Origin: Oscillospiraceae bacterium
Lineage (GTDB): Bacteria; Bacillota; Clostridia; Oscillospirales; Ruminococcaceae
Assembly: GCA_016297675.1 (NCBI GenBank)
Contig: JAEDGE010000001.1
Coordinates: 1 to 45,771 of the forward strand
Direction: 5' to 3'
Length of the DNA: 45,771 nucleotides
Shown here one piece after another: positions 10,101-18,368 of this stretch. The position numbers and the translations under genes were made by a program. The stretch's first letter is position 1. Each line of letters starts with the position of its first letter. The notes under the pieces are model-generated. The model had not been told where the DNA came from. It did no database searches and saw only the letters and a list, made by a program, of their open reading frames with translations.

Positions 10101-10611
10101 GCTTTCTTCCTCACCTGACCAAATGAAAATTTGCATCATTGGTGTATTGCAACAAATGAAAGCACATTTGACAAAAAGCAATGAGCGAATGTGTTTCTTT
10201 CAATTGGAGGACTTGACAGGAGCAGTTGATTGCATTGCTTTTCCAGCAGTTTTTCGTGCTGTCCAACAAAAGCTACAGGTAGATTCTATTTTGTGGTGCA
10301 AAGGAACACTTTCTATCAAAGAAAGTGGTGTTTCCATTTTGTGTGACAGTATTTTGACATTAGAAGAATTGCAAAAACAGGTGGAACAAGGACGGTTTTG
10401 TATAAAATTAGATTCTACGGATACAATGCGTATGCAGCAAGCATTGCAAACGGCAGCCGCCTATGCAGGAAATACAAATATTTGCTTTTACTTTACAGAT
10501 CAAAAACGAATGGTACAACCAAAACAAAAGGTGAAAATGGCAGTAACAGAAAAAAGTGAGCAGGCTTTTCTACAATTTTTTTCCAGTTCAGAGCTGGGAA
10601 TTTTAAAGTAA
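7174..10611 (+). CDS. dnaE: DNA polymerase III alpha subunit
   Basis: PHP domain (HLHVHSVYSLLDG, TDHGN), GPGRGSGAGS, PDFDIDF, KFDFLGL, YAFNKSHA and a C-terminal OB fold. Start moved to ATG 7174, which follows AAGGAG. Confidence 0.97.
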   Translation: MPEIKQDEFVHLHVHSVYSLLDGACRIPEMMEQVKAMGQTAIALTDHGNLYAAVSFYRAAKKVGLHPIIGCEVYVASRTRFDRVQALDRKRYHLVLLCENQTGYRNLVKLVSQACLEGFYQKPRVDWELLSQYHEGLICLSACLAGEVPQLLLAGNYEQAKQTALRYQALFGKDNYYLEVQNHGLQEQKTILPLLYQLSQETGISLVATNDAHYLTQDEAEMQQVLLCIQTGKTIDDPTAMRFETNEFYLKSTQEMQQLFSAMPEAIINTKRIADRCHVTFETEKLHLPSFFMDGVTDNVALFADLCQKGMQKRYGTPVPEHVQKRLQHEMDVITQMNYVDYFLIVWDYVNFAKQHQIPVGPGRGSGAGSLCAYCMGITEIDPIAYHLLFERFLNPERVNMPDFDIDFCIEGRQAVKEYVIQKYGADRVTEIITFDLMKARGAVRDVGRALNLPYALCDRIAKKIDPHRTIAETMAAPGEMELQQLYQTDSNVKKLLDMAQKIEGMPRHTSTHAAGVIISAVPLLEMVPLQKNDDTIVTQYPMGTLEYLKLVKFDFLGLRNLTIIRDCVRMIHEAEPEFSIHHIPIDDAAVYRMMAKGDTMGVFQFESAGMRHVLLQMQPEQLEDLTAALSLYRPGPRDSIPQYLENRKHPDTISYAHPSLKPILEVTYGCMVYQEQVMEICRALAGYSYGRADIVRRAMSKKDQAVMEQEREIFLYGLEDVCCGAIQNGVPKEVAESIFDEISRFASYAFNKSHAVAYAYLAYQTAYLKCHYFSAYMAALMTSVIGDFPKLLSYISECQKAGVAVLPPHINESHAVFTCTKKGIRFGLSAVKNVGVALIEKLERERQRNGLFKNLYDFCQRMQGIELNKRALESLIQSGALDGLGWNRRQMLQQYEQILSSVKEMAASQLTGQMQLFGMVSTSSWQEPMPEPVEEFSQTELLHMEREVTGMYISGNPLQPVQYLCRLLHTTTASVLSSSPDQMKICIIGVLQQMKAHLTKSNERMCFFQLEDLTGAVDCIAFPAVFRAVQQKLQVDSILWCKGTLSIKESGVSILCDSILTLEELQKQVEQGRFCIKLDSTDTMRMQQALQTAAAYAGNTNICFYFTDQKRMVQPKQKVKMAVTEKSEQAFLQFFSSSELGILK

Positions 10612-10638
10612 ATAGAAAATAAAATAGAGGGATTTATA

Positions 10639-12723
10639 ATGAAAGTACATAAAACATGGAATGGCATCATCGGTTTTTTGACAGCTTGCTGCTGTCTTGT
10701 TTCAGGAAGTGGACTATCAGTAGTTGCAGAGGATGCAGTAACAACTTTGACAGTAGAAGAACCGATCGCAGCAGAAATTCTTTCAGAAGGAACACCATCA
10801 ACAGAAGAAACAGAATCACCCACAACTACCACCGCACCGACCACAACAGAAACAACGGTAGAAACAACAGAAACCATCTCTGAAGGTTTGGATGATGAAG
10901 CCATTACATTGGGAGATTTAAACGGAGATGGTGCGGTGAGTGTGGAGGACGCAGTATTTGTATTGACCATTTACGCAAAACAATCTGCTGGATTGGAAGT
11001 AAATCTTTCTTCGCAGCAATTTTTCTGTTTGGATTGTGACCATGATACAAGAATCAGTGTAGAAGACGCTGTTTTGATTTTAGAGTATTATGCAAAACAT
11101 GCAGCTTGTTTAGTAACAGGAACATTTTCCGAATATGTGGACGAGAAACAGAATCCAGTTACAACAACAACTGTTCCAGAACTAACAACGCTACCAGAAA
11201 CCAGTACAGAAATTACAACAGAAACGACAACAAAAAACACTTTGCCGACAACAGACACAACGGAAGATACCACACAGGATACAACAACTGTCGTGATCCC
11301 TTCTGATTTTTCAGACAGCTATGCAGGTTCTTATCTTGTAACTGCTTCTGCTCTGAATCTGAGAAGCGATCCGTCCACCTCTTCTTCTGTTATCACAGTG
11401 ATTCCGAATAATGCAACGGTAACTGTGACAATGGGAAACGGAGCGTGGGCAGCCGTAACGTATGAGGGCAAGAACGGTTACTGCTCGATGGATTATCTGA
11501 CACTTGTACCGGATACCACAACAGTACCGGAAGAAACCACAACGACTACCACTGAAACAACCACTACTACCACTACTACGACCACAACGACTGCTGTGCC
11601 AAATTCTGTAAAGCTTCCGGTTAATTGTATTTTGCAGAATGCATCGCCATCTTTGCCAACTGGTTGTGAGGCAACTGCATTGACAATTGCACTCAATTAT
11701 GATGGATTTACAGCGAAAAAAACAAATATTGCCAAAATATATTTACCAAAAATGGTATTTTATACGTTGAATGATATTTATTATGGTGCAGATTTTCAGT
11801 ATGTATTTCCAGGGGATCCAACGACTTCCTATGGATATGGTTGTTATGCACCAGCAATTGTTGCGACTGCAAATGCGTATTTTACCGCACAGAAAAATGC
11901 TTCTTATGCAGAAAATATCAGTGGGACTTCTTTCTATGATCTTTTTCCATATTTAGCAGCAGGTAGACCCATTGTTTTCTGGGGAACAATGAATATGTGT
12001 GCACCCGGAACCGGCGGCAGCTGGACCACGCCAGATGGGGAAACTGTTACATGGAAAAGTAATGAGCATTGTTTGGTTTTGACTGGATATAATAAATCTG
12101 CTGGAACGGTACAGGTTGCAGACCCATTGAGGGGCAATGTTTCCTATGATATGGAATTGGTTGCACAGCGATATACACAAATGGGAAAACAGGCTGTTGT
12201 TTTGCATAGTACCAGTCAGTCGAAAACAGAAACGCTAGGTGTTACCAATGGCGGTGTTTATCGTTTGCGAAATGCTGGAAGTGGTCTGTATTTGACGGTT
12301 GCAGGTGGTATGGATGTTGATGGAACAAACTTGATTCAGGACACAGCAAACGGGACTGCTTCACAAAAATTCCGCATTTCTTACGATACAAGCAGCAATA
12401 CATATCGGTTATATGCAATGTGTTCTTCTGATGGAACCAATCGTGTTGTAGATATTGTAAAACTGGGCGGCGGAATTGCCAGCGGCTGTAATGTGGAAAT
12501 TTATCGACCAGTAGATGCCCCAGCACAAACATTTGTATTGAGTCCACAGTCTGATGGAACGATGTTGTTATCTTGCAGTGCCAATCGCAGTGCATGCCTG
12601 TCTGTTTGGAATCAAGCCACAGGTTCTAATTATGATACAGGCTTTTATGCAAGTGGAAATGTTGTCATTCGCAACGATATTGGAGATGACTTACAGCGTT
12701 GGATATTAGAACCTGTTTCTTGA
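10639..12723 (+). CDS. Secreted modular protein: dockerin, SH3b, C39-like cysteine peptidase and ricin-type domain
   Basis: Signal peptide; duplicated Ca-binding repeats GDLNGDGAVSVEDA / DCDHDTRISVEDA; SH3b 'ALNLRSDPS...WAAVTYEGKNGYCSMDYL'; C39-like 'PTGCEATAL', 'EHCLVLTGY', 'ADP'; ricin-like 'YRLRNAGSGLYL...SQKF...QRW'. Confidence 0.85.
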   Translation: MKVHKTWNGIIGFLTACCCLVSGSGLSVVAEDAVTTLTVEEPIAAEILSEGTPSTEETESPTTTTAPTTTETTVETTETISEGLDDEAITLGDLNGDGAVSVEDAVFVLTIYAKQSAGLEVNLSSQQFFCLDCDHDTRISVEDAVLILEYYAKHAACLVTGTFSEYVDEKQNPVTTTTVPELTTLPETSTEITTETTTKNTLPTTDTTEDTTQDTTTVVIPSDFSDSYAGSYLVTASALNLRSDPSTSSSVITVIPNNATVTVTMGNGAWAAVTYEGKNGYCSMDYLTLVPDTTTVPEETTTTTTETTTTTTTTTTTTAVPNSVKLPVNCILQNASPSLPTGCEATALTIALNYDGFTAKKTNIAKIYLPKMVFYTLNDIYYGADFQYVFPGDPTTSYGYGCYAPAIVATANAYFTAQKNASYAENISGTSFYDLFPYLAAGRPIVFWGTMNMCAPGTGGSWTTPDGETVTWKSNEHCLVLTGYNKSAGTVQVADPLRGNVSYDMELVAQRYTQMGKQAVVLHSTSQSKTETLGVTNGGVYRLRNAGSGLYLTVAGGMDVDGTNLIQDTANGTASQKFRISYDTSSNTYRLYAMCSSDGTNRVVDIVKLGGGIASGCNVEIYRPVDAPAQTFVLSPQSDGTMLLSCSANRSACLSVWNQATGSNYDTGFYASGNVVIRNDIGDDLQRWILEPVS
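11515..11593 (+). repeat. Low-complexity ACN codon run encoding a poly-Thr linker
   Basis: accacaacgactaccact...accactactaccactactacgaccacaacgact, translating to long T runs between the SH3b and peptidase domains. Confidence 0.8.
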
Positions 12724-12744
12724 GTATGATTTTTAAATTTTTAC

Positions 12745-12773
12745 TTGACAAACTGCATGATGTCTGTTATAAT
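12745..12773 (+). promoter_or_regulatory. Consensus sigma-A promoter with extended -10, driving the MTase-TetR/cob cluster
   Basis: TTGACA (12745-12750), 17 bp spacer, TGtTATAAT (-10 hexamer at 12768-12773). Confidence 0.88.
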
Positions 12774-12798
12774 GATAGTGAACAAACGTTCACCATCA
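12773..12798. promoter_or_regulatory. Palindromic operator, probable TetR-family binding site
   Basis: TGATaGTGAAC-aaac-GTTCACcATCA lies over the expected transcription start, between the -10 box and the RBS. Confidence 0.72.
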
Positions 12799-12813
12799 GA
12801 AAGGGGCTTGAAA

Positions 12814-14280
12814 ATGAAAAAGACATCTTCCAGTATGACCGCTAAAATGTCTGCTTTTGCGAGAGCATATTATGCAGAACATGCAAAGAAACCTGCTTTT
12901 GAGGATGCAATTGCAAAGAAACTATTTCAGAATACAGAGTATCAGGATATGCAGAATATGTTGCAAGACGGTGCTGCTTTTTTTGGAATGGCATCAGATG
13001 CACAGGTGACACAAAGAGATTGTGTATGGGAAATTGTAAAAAATCAGATGGCACCGATTCCAGTTGCGCGTGCACGATATTGTGAAGATTGTCTGCAAAC
13101 AGAAATCCAAACTGGTACAAAACAGTATGTGATTTTAGGAGCTGGGTATGATACTTTTGCATGGCGGCATCCGGAATACCTACAAAAAATCACAGTTTTT
13201 GAAGTAGATCAAGCAGAAACACAAGATGAAAAAAAACAGAGACTTTTACAAGCAGGATTGCCGCTTCCTTCTCAGTTGCATTTTGTGCCAGTGGATTTTC
13301 GTTCTGGTCATTTGCAGCAGCAGTTAGTACAGTGTGGGTTTGATGTGACCCAAAAGACATTTTTCAGTTTGTTAGGAGTAAGCTATTATTTAACAGAAAC
13401 AGAAATAGAAAGACTGCTCACTGAAATTTCTGCTTTCGCAGCAGAAGGCAGTACATTGGTTTTTGATTATGCAGATGCACATCTGTTTCAAACGAACTCC
13501 ATACGAATACGGCGGATGCTTGCATTGGCGGAAGCAAGCGGAGAACCAATGCAATTTTGCAGCAATGCGATGCATTTAACAAAAATATTGGAAGCCTCTC
13601 ATTTTCTGATTTATGAGATGCTTTCTCCAGAGGAAATGCAGGAACGGTATTTGCAAAACAGTGAACTTGTTTCTTTTTCTAATATTCACTATGTTACTGC
13701 AACAATAAAAGGGACAGCCTTTTTGCATACGAAAGAAAAAATTCTGCAAGTTTCTCTCAAACAATTTTCCCAAAGAGGATTTGATGCTGTTTCTGTGAGA
13801 GAAATTGCGGGGGAACTTGGCTTGACACAATCGGCACTCTATAAGCATTATGAAAATAAGCAAGCCATTTTTGAAGCGTTGCTGAAACGGGCAGAAGCGG
13901 TTTTGCCAAAGACCATGATTGCAAAAATGGATACGGTGGAAAGCATACAAGCCTCTATTATAAGCTGGTTTTCTATTTGGACAGAAAACGCTTTTGGTAC
14001 TGCATTTCGGCAAATGATTAATATGGAACGTTATCATAATCCAGCAGCGGAACAGCAGTATGCAGATTATTTTTTACATCAACCGCTTGCAGACTGTACG
14101 CTGCTAATGCAAAAACTGGGAATCACGGCAGCAGAAGAAACGGCAAATTCTTTTTATGCAGAAATCTTTTTTCTGCTGTATGCTTATGATATTGCATCTC
14201 AGAAGAAAATTGTATTAGAACAGCTGCAATCTTATGTGAGTCGCTTTTTCACTTCGAAATTACAGAACAGGGAAGGATGA
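12814..14280 (+). CDS. Fusion of a class I SAM-dependent methyltransferase (LCM/YktD-like) and a TetR/AcrR family regulator
   Basis: N-terminal 'TAKMSAFARAY', 'ARARYCED', 'QYVILGAGYDTFAWR', 'VFEVDQ', 'VPVDF', 'LGVSYYL'. C-terminal HTH 'TKEKILQVSLKQFSQRGFDAVSVREIAGELGLTQSALYKHYENKQAIF' from about 13726. Single open frame. Confidence 0.88.
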   Translation: MKKTSSSMTAKMSAFARAYYAEHAKKPAFEDAIAKKLFQNTEYQDMQNMLQDGAAFFGMASDAQVTQRDCVWEIVKNQMAPIPVARARYCEDCLQTEIQTGTKQYVILGAGYDTFAWRHPEYLQKITVFEVDQAETQDEKKQRLLQAGLPLPSQLHFVPVDFRSGHLQQQLVQCGFDVTQKTFFSLLGVSYYLTETEIERLLTEISAFAAEGSTLVFDYADAHLFQTNSIRIRRMLALAEASGEPMQFCSNAMHLTKILEASHFLIYEMLSPEEMQERYLQNSELVSFSNIHYVTATIKGTAFLHTKEKILQVSLKQFSQRGFDAVSVREIAGELGLTQSALYKHYENKQAIFEALLKRAEAVLPKTMIAKMDTVESIQASIISWFSIWTENAFGTAFRQMINMERYHNPAAEQQYADYFLHQPLADCTLLMQKLGITAAEETANSFYAEIFFLLYAYDIASQKKIVLEQLQSYVSRFFTSKLQNREG

Positions 14281-15689
14281 AAGAGATCATGCAGAAATTT
14301 GTTTCTGTTCCTCGCCTGCTCCTTAGTGCCACTGGCAGCGACAGCGGAAAAACCACCATGGTGTTGGCTTTGTTGGCAGCGTTTCGTCAGAAAAATATTT
14401 CTGTACAGAGTTACAAAAGCGGACCGGATTACATTGATCCGATGTTTCATGAAAAAGTGACAAGACGTCCTGTTTACCATACCGATCCTTTTTTCTTACA
14501 GCAAGATGCAATGCAGCAACTGATTGCACAAACAGCACAACACGAAGATCTTGCTTTAATAGAGGGGGCGATGGGGTTTTATGACGGTATTGGACAAACG
14601 TCAGAAGCCAGTGCCTATACTGTTTCACAATGGCTGCAAACGCCAACTGTATTGGTTGTGAATCCGAAGAAAATGGGACGTTCTGTCGCTGCGATTTGTA
14701 ACGGTTTTTTGCATCTGGAACAGAATCATCTGATAAAAGGATTCCTATTGAATCGTGTCCGAAGCAGCATGGCATCCTATTATCAGGAAATCATTGAACG
14801 AGAAACCGGTTTACCGGTATATGGCTTTTTACCGGAATTGCCGTCTGTGCAGTTGCCGAGCCGTCATCTGGGTCTGCTGACCGCATCAGAAATTGCACAG
14901 TTGGATGAAAAAATAAAGCTGCTTGCTGATACGGCACAAAAAACGATTGCATGGGAGGCATTATTAGAATTGGCAGCAACAGCACCTCCGCTGCCGTTGA
15001 AAGAGAGAATTTTGCCCCATTCCGAACCGTTTCGACTTGGTATTGCAGAGGATGCTGCCTTTTGTTTTTATTATGCGGAAAATTTAGAAATGCTACGAGA
15101 ATGCGGGGCAGAATTGGTTTCCGTTTCGCCTCTTACAGATGTTGTCTTGTCGGAAGATTTAGATGGTCTCTATCTGGGCGGCGGTTATCCGGAACTATAT
15201 TTGCCACAGCTCAGCAGCAATCGTTCTTTTATACAAAGTTTGAGAACTGCTGCGAAGAAAAACCTGCCGATTTTTGCAGAGTGCGGTGGATTTCTATACT
15301 TGCTGCAAGCAATTTCTGATGCAGCTGGTATCTCCTACCCGATGGCAGAACTGCTTTCCGGTACGGCTGCCATGCAGAAGCAGCTTTGCCGGTTTGGATA
15401 TCTTACATTAACTGCACAGCAGGATACCATTTTAGCAGAAAAAGGGACACGGATTCAGGCACATAGTTTTCACTATGCAGACAGTACGGAAAATGGAACG
15501 GCTTTTTTAGCAGAACGTCCAAACGGAAAACAGTGGCAGGAAATACAGCAACAGGGCTCTATTTTGGCGGGGTTTCCGCATTGGTATTTTCCATCCAATC
15601 CTCATGTTCCACAGCGGTTTGCAGAACAGTGCATTGTCTATCGAAAAAGACGTATGCAGGAAGCAGGTGATCTGTCATGCAGATTTTAA
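14277..15689 (+). CDS. cbiA: Cobyrinate a,c-diamide synthase (CbiA/CobB)
   Basis: Motifs SDSGKTT, KSGPDYIDPMFH, EGAMGFYDG, SRHLGL, GGGYPEL, AECGGF. Confidence 0.95.
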   Translation: MKEIMQKFVSVPRLLLSATGSDSGKTTMVLALLAAFRQKNISVQSYKSGPDYIDPMFHEKVTRRPVYHTDPFFLQQDAMQQLIAQTAQHEDLALIEGAMGFYDGIGQTSEASAYTVSQWLQTPTVLVVNPKKMGRSVAAICNGFLHLEQNHLIKGFLLNRVRSSMASYYQEIIERETGLPVYGFLPELPSVQLPSRHLGLLTASEIAQLDEKIKLLADTAQKTIAWEALLELAATAPPLPLKERILPHSEPFRLGIAEDAAFCFYYAENLEMLRECGAELVSVSPLTDVVLSEDLDGLYLGGGYPELYLPQLSSNRSFIQSLRTAAKKNLPIFAECGGFLYLLQAISDAAGISYPMAELLSGTAAMQKQLCRFGYLTLTAQQDTILAEKGTRIQAHSFHYADSTENGTAFLAERPNGKQWQEIQQQGSILAGFPHWYFPSNPHVPQRFAEQCIVYRKRRMQEAGDLSCRF

Positions 15690-16219
15690 TTTCGGGTGGT
15701 TCTGCCAGCGGAAAGTCACAGCTGGCGGAACAGCTTGCTGTGAACCGAAGCCAGACACCGCTTTACTATTTTGCAACCATGCAGATATGGGATGCAGAGT
15801 GTGCAGAGCGAGTAACACAGCATCGCAGACAGCGTACTGGAAAGGGATTCCAAACCATAGAAGTACCAGACCATCTGCTGCAAACTGCACAATCCCTGCC
15901 AACAGGTGGCTGCGGTCTATTGGAATGTGTCAGTAATCTGCTCTCCAACGAACAATTTTGTGTACAGCAAACACATCCGGCAGAGATAATTTTAGATGGT
16001 ATTGCAGCTCTGCACAACCATTTAGACACTTTGGTGATTGTGACAAATGAAGTCTTTACAGACCGAGTGCCACAGGATGCCGCTATGCAGGCATATTTAC
16101 AGCAGCTTGGACGAATCAACTGTACTCTGGCAGAGCGTTCGGAAATTGTCATAGAAGTTTGTAGCGGTATCCCTGTCTGCTGGAAAGGAGCAGCCTTGTT
16201 TCATGAAATCCTATCTTGA
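15677..16219 (+). CDS. cobU: Adenosylcobinamide kinase / cobinamide-phosphate guanylyltransferase (CobU family)
   Basis: P-loop GGSASGKS, YFATM, RVTQHRRQR, ECVSNLLSNE, VTNEV. Confidence 0.9.
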   Translation: MQILISGGSASGKSQLAEQLAVNRSQTPLYYFATMQIWDAECAERVTQHRRQRTGKGFQTIEVPDHLLQTAQSLPTGGCGLLECVSNLLSNEQFCVQQTHPAEIILDGIAALHNHLDTLVIVTNEVFTDRVPQDAAMQAYLQQLGRINCTLAERSEIVIEVCSGIPVCWKGAALFHEILS

Positions 16220-16976
16220 ATCTCTTCTCATTGCACTCTCCATGTACAGTACCCTTCCGGTGAAGTGTCTGAACTGGAATGCGAAAAATCTGCGTCATGC
16301 TATGTTATTTTTTCCGATAGTCGGTTTACTTTGCGGCGGAGCTCTCTGGTTGGTTTGGACAGGTTGTCAGCTGTTGGATTGCTCTGCTTTTTTATTTGCA
16401 GTGCTTGCTGCATTGGTAAATGTATTGATTACAGGGGGGATTCATCTGGATGGATTTTGCGATACTGCCGATGCCTTGTATTCCCGTCGACCGATGGAAG
16501 AGAAACTGCGAATTTTGAAAGACCCAAACTGTGGACCCTTTGCGGTATTTAGTGTTGTATTGATATTGTTGGTACAGGTTGCTGCTTATGCACAGATTTA
16601 TACAACACAAACCAGATGGGCAGTGGGTCTGCTCACGGGTGGCTTTTGGATTGCTCGCTGTTTGAGCGGTATTTCTGTCACACGCTTTCCTTGTACACCA
16701 ACCAGTTCCCTTGCGAAGACCTTTGGCGAACATGCAGGAAAGTATGTTGGGACAGGACTAATGATTTTGACTGGACTTGCAATGGCAGTTCTGGTAATAT
16801 TTTATCAATGGATGGCTGTTGTTTCCATTTTTTTATCTTTACTTGTTTTTCTGGGATATTATCATATGCAAAAAACACAATTTGGCGGTGTAACAGGGGA
16901 TTTAGCTGGTTTTTTTCTTGTGATTTGTGAAACAATATGGTTATTGAGTTACGCAATGTTAGGAGATGTGTTGTAA
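16203..16976 (+). CDS. cobS: Adenosylcobinamide-GDP ribazoletransferase (cobalamin synthase)
   Basis: Multi-TM protein with FFPIVG, TGGIHLDGFCDTADA, ILKDP, FGGVTGDLAG. Confidence 0.95.
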   Translation: MKSYLESLLIALSMYSTLPVKCLNWNAKNLRHAMLFFPIVGLLCGGALWLVWTGCQLLDCSAFLFAVLAALVNVLITGGIHLDGFCDTADALYSRRPMEEKLRILKDPNCGPFAVFSVVLILLVQVAAYAQIYTTQTRWAVGLLTGGFWIARCLSGISVTRFPCTPTSSLAKTFGEHAGKYVGTGLMILTGLAMAVLVIFYQWMAVVSIFLSLLVFLGYYHMQKTQFGGVTGDLAGFFLVICETIWLLSYAMLGDVL

Positions 16977-17377
16977 TGAAACTTGTCATTGGCGGTTATG
17001 CACAGGGACGGCTTGCCTATGTATTGCAGCAGTATGAGAAACAAACGGAAGATGTTTTTGATTTGGCAGAGCATTCTATTTTTGAATGGAACAGGCAAAC
17101 GATATTATACCATATGGAAGAACTGGCAACGCAGGCAGAGCAGGAAAGTCAATCTGTATTTGATTGGCTGGAAAGATACCTACCGTTATGGAACGATTGT
17201 ATTTTAATTACACAGGAAGTCGGATGTGGATTGGTTCCAATTACACCGGAAGAACGACAATGGCGGGAAACTGTTGGACGTATGAATATATGGTTGGCGG
17301 CACAAGCTGAAACAGTAGAACGGATTTTCTGCGGACTGTCTATGCAGCTTTTCCCTTCATCAGGTGGTGTAGTGTAA
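16976..17377 (+). CDS. Short CobU-family paralog
   Basis: Starts MKLVIGGYAQGR; contains EVGCGLVP...ERQWRETVGR and VERIFCGL. The ATG overlaps the cobS stop (TAATG). Confidence 0.8.
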   Translation: MKLVIGGYAQGRLAYVLQQYEKQTEDVFDLAEHSIFEWNRQTILYHMEELATQAEQESQSVFDWLERYLPLWNDCILITQEVGCGLVPITPEERQWRETVGRMNIWLAAQAETVERIFCGLSMQLFPSSGGVV

Positions 17378-18348
17378 TGATACAGTTAAGTATATGCAGT
17401 GTTTTACTTGGGGTACTCTTAGACTTTTGTTTTGGGGATCCGCACTGGATGCCTCATCCAGTTGTTTGGATGGGAAAAGGGATTTCTTTCGGGGAAAAGA
17501 AGCTGCGGCAGTGTTTCCCGAAAACAGAGCGAGGGACATTTATAGCAGGTATTTTTTTAGCGGTATTGTTGCCGCTGATAAGTTTTGGGATTTCCTCATT
17601 GGTGCTTTGGATTGCATATCGGATTTCAGTCTGGCTTTGGTTTCTGATTCACACATTCTGGAGTTATCAGATATTAGCAGCTCGTTGCCTTGCAACAGAG
17701 AGCAGTAAGGTTTACCGTGCGTTACAGGCAAATAATTTACCGCTTGCCCGCAAGCAGCTTTCTTGGTTGGTTGGTCGGGAGACAAAAGACCTTTCTGTTG
17801 AAGAAGTTACAAAAGCATGCGTGGAAACCGTTGCAGAAAATACATCGGATGGTGAAATTGCACCTTTATTTTATCTTTTGATTGGTGGTGTACCGCTTAG
17901 CTTTTTTTATAAAGCAGTAAACACATTGGATTCCATGGTTGGATATCGGAATGAAACTTATGAATACTTTGGAAAAGCCTCGGCAAAGCTGGATGATATT
18001 TGCAACTGGATTCCAGCAAGACTTTCTGCATGGTTTCTTATAGCTGCATCTTTTTTGCTTTCACTGGATGGAAAAGGGGCTTTGCGAATTTACTTTCGGG
18101 ACAGGCGGAAGCATCTATCTCCGAACTCCGCCCAGACTGAATCCGTAGCAGCAGGAGCAATGAGTATCCAGCTTGGGGGAACACATATATATTTTGGAAA
18201 CATAGTGGAAAAACCGACCATTGGTGATGCCATCAGAGCAGCAAAAGCAGAAGATATTCAAACAGCAAATAAAATGCTGTTTGTTGCCAGCATTTTATTT
18301 GCTGTTGTTGTCGGAGGTGGTATGCTGCTTGTTGCTATTATCCTATAA
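17377..18348 (+). CDS. cbiB: Adenosylcobinamide-phosphate synthase CbiB
   Basis: Motifs GDPHWMPHPV, LVGRET, ETVAENTSDG, YKAVNTLDSMVGY, PARL, SPNS. Confidence 0.96.
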   Translation: MIQLSICSVLLGVLLDFCFGDPHWMPHPVVWMGKGISFGEKKLRQCFPKTERGTFIAGIFLAVLLPLISFGISSLVLWIAYRISVWLWFLIHTFWSYQILAARCLATESSKVYRALQANNLPLARKQLSWLVGRETKDLSVEEVTKACVETVAENTSDGEIAPLFYLLIGGVPLSFFYKAVNTLDSMVGYRNETYEYFGKASAKLDDICNWIPARLSAWFLIAASFLLSLDGKGALRIYFRDRRKHLSPNSAQTESVAAGAMSIQLGGTHIYFGNIVEKPTIGDAIRAAKAEDIQTANKMLFVASILFAVVVGGGMLLVAIIL

Positions 18349-18368
18349 AATGTTGGGAGGAGAACTGC

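Noticed and set aside
7174..10611. Possible intein or split in dnaE
   Set aside because: Length is normal (about 1145 aa), motifs are collinear and no splice-junction motifs are seen.
11155..11593. ACN-rich repeats considered as a tandem array or CRISPR
   Set aside because: No repeat-spacer periodicity; fully explained as Thr-rich protein linkers.
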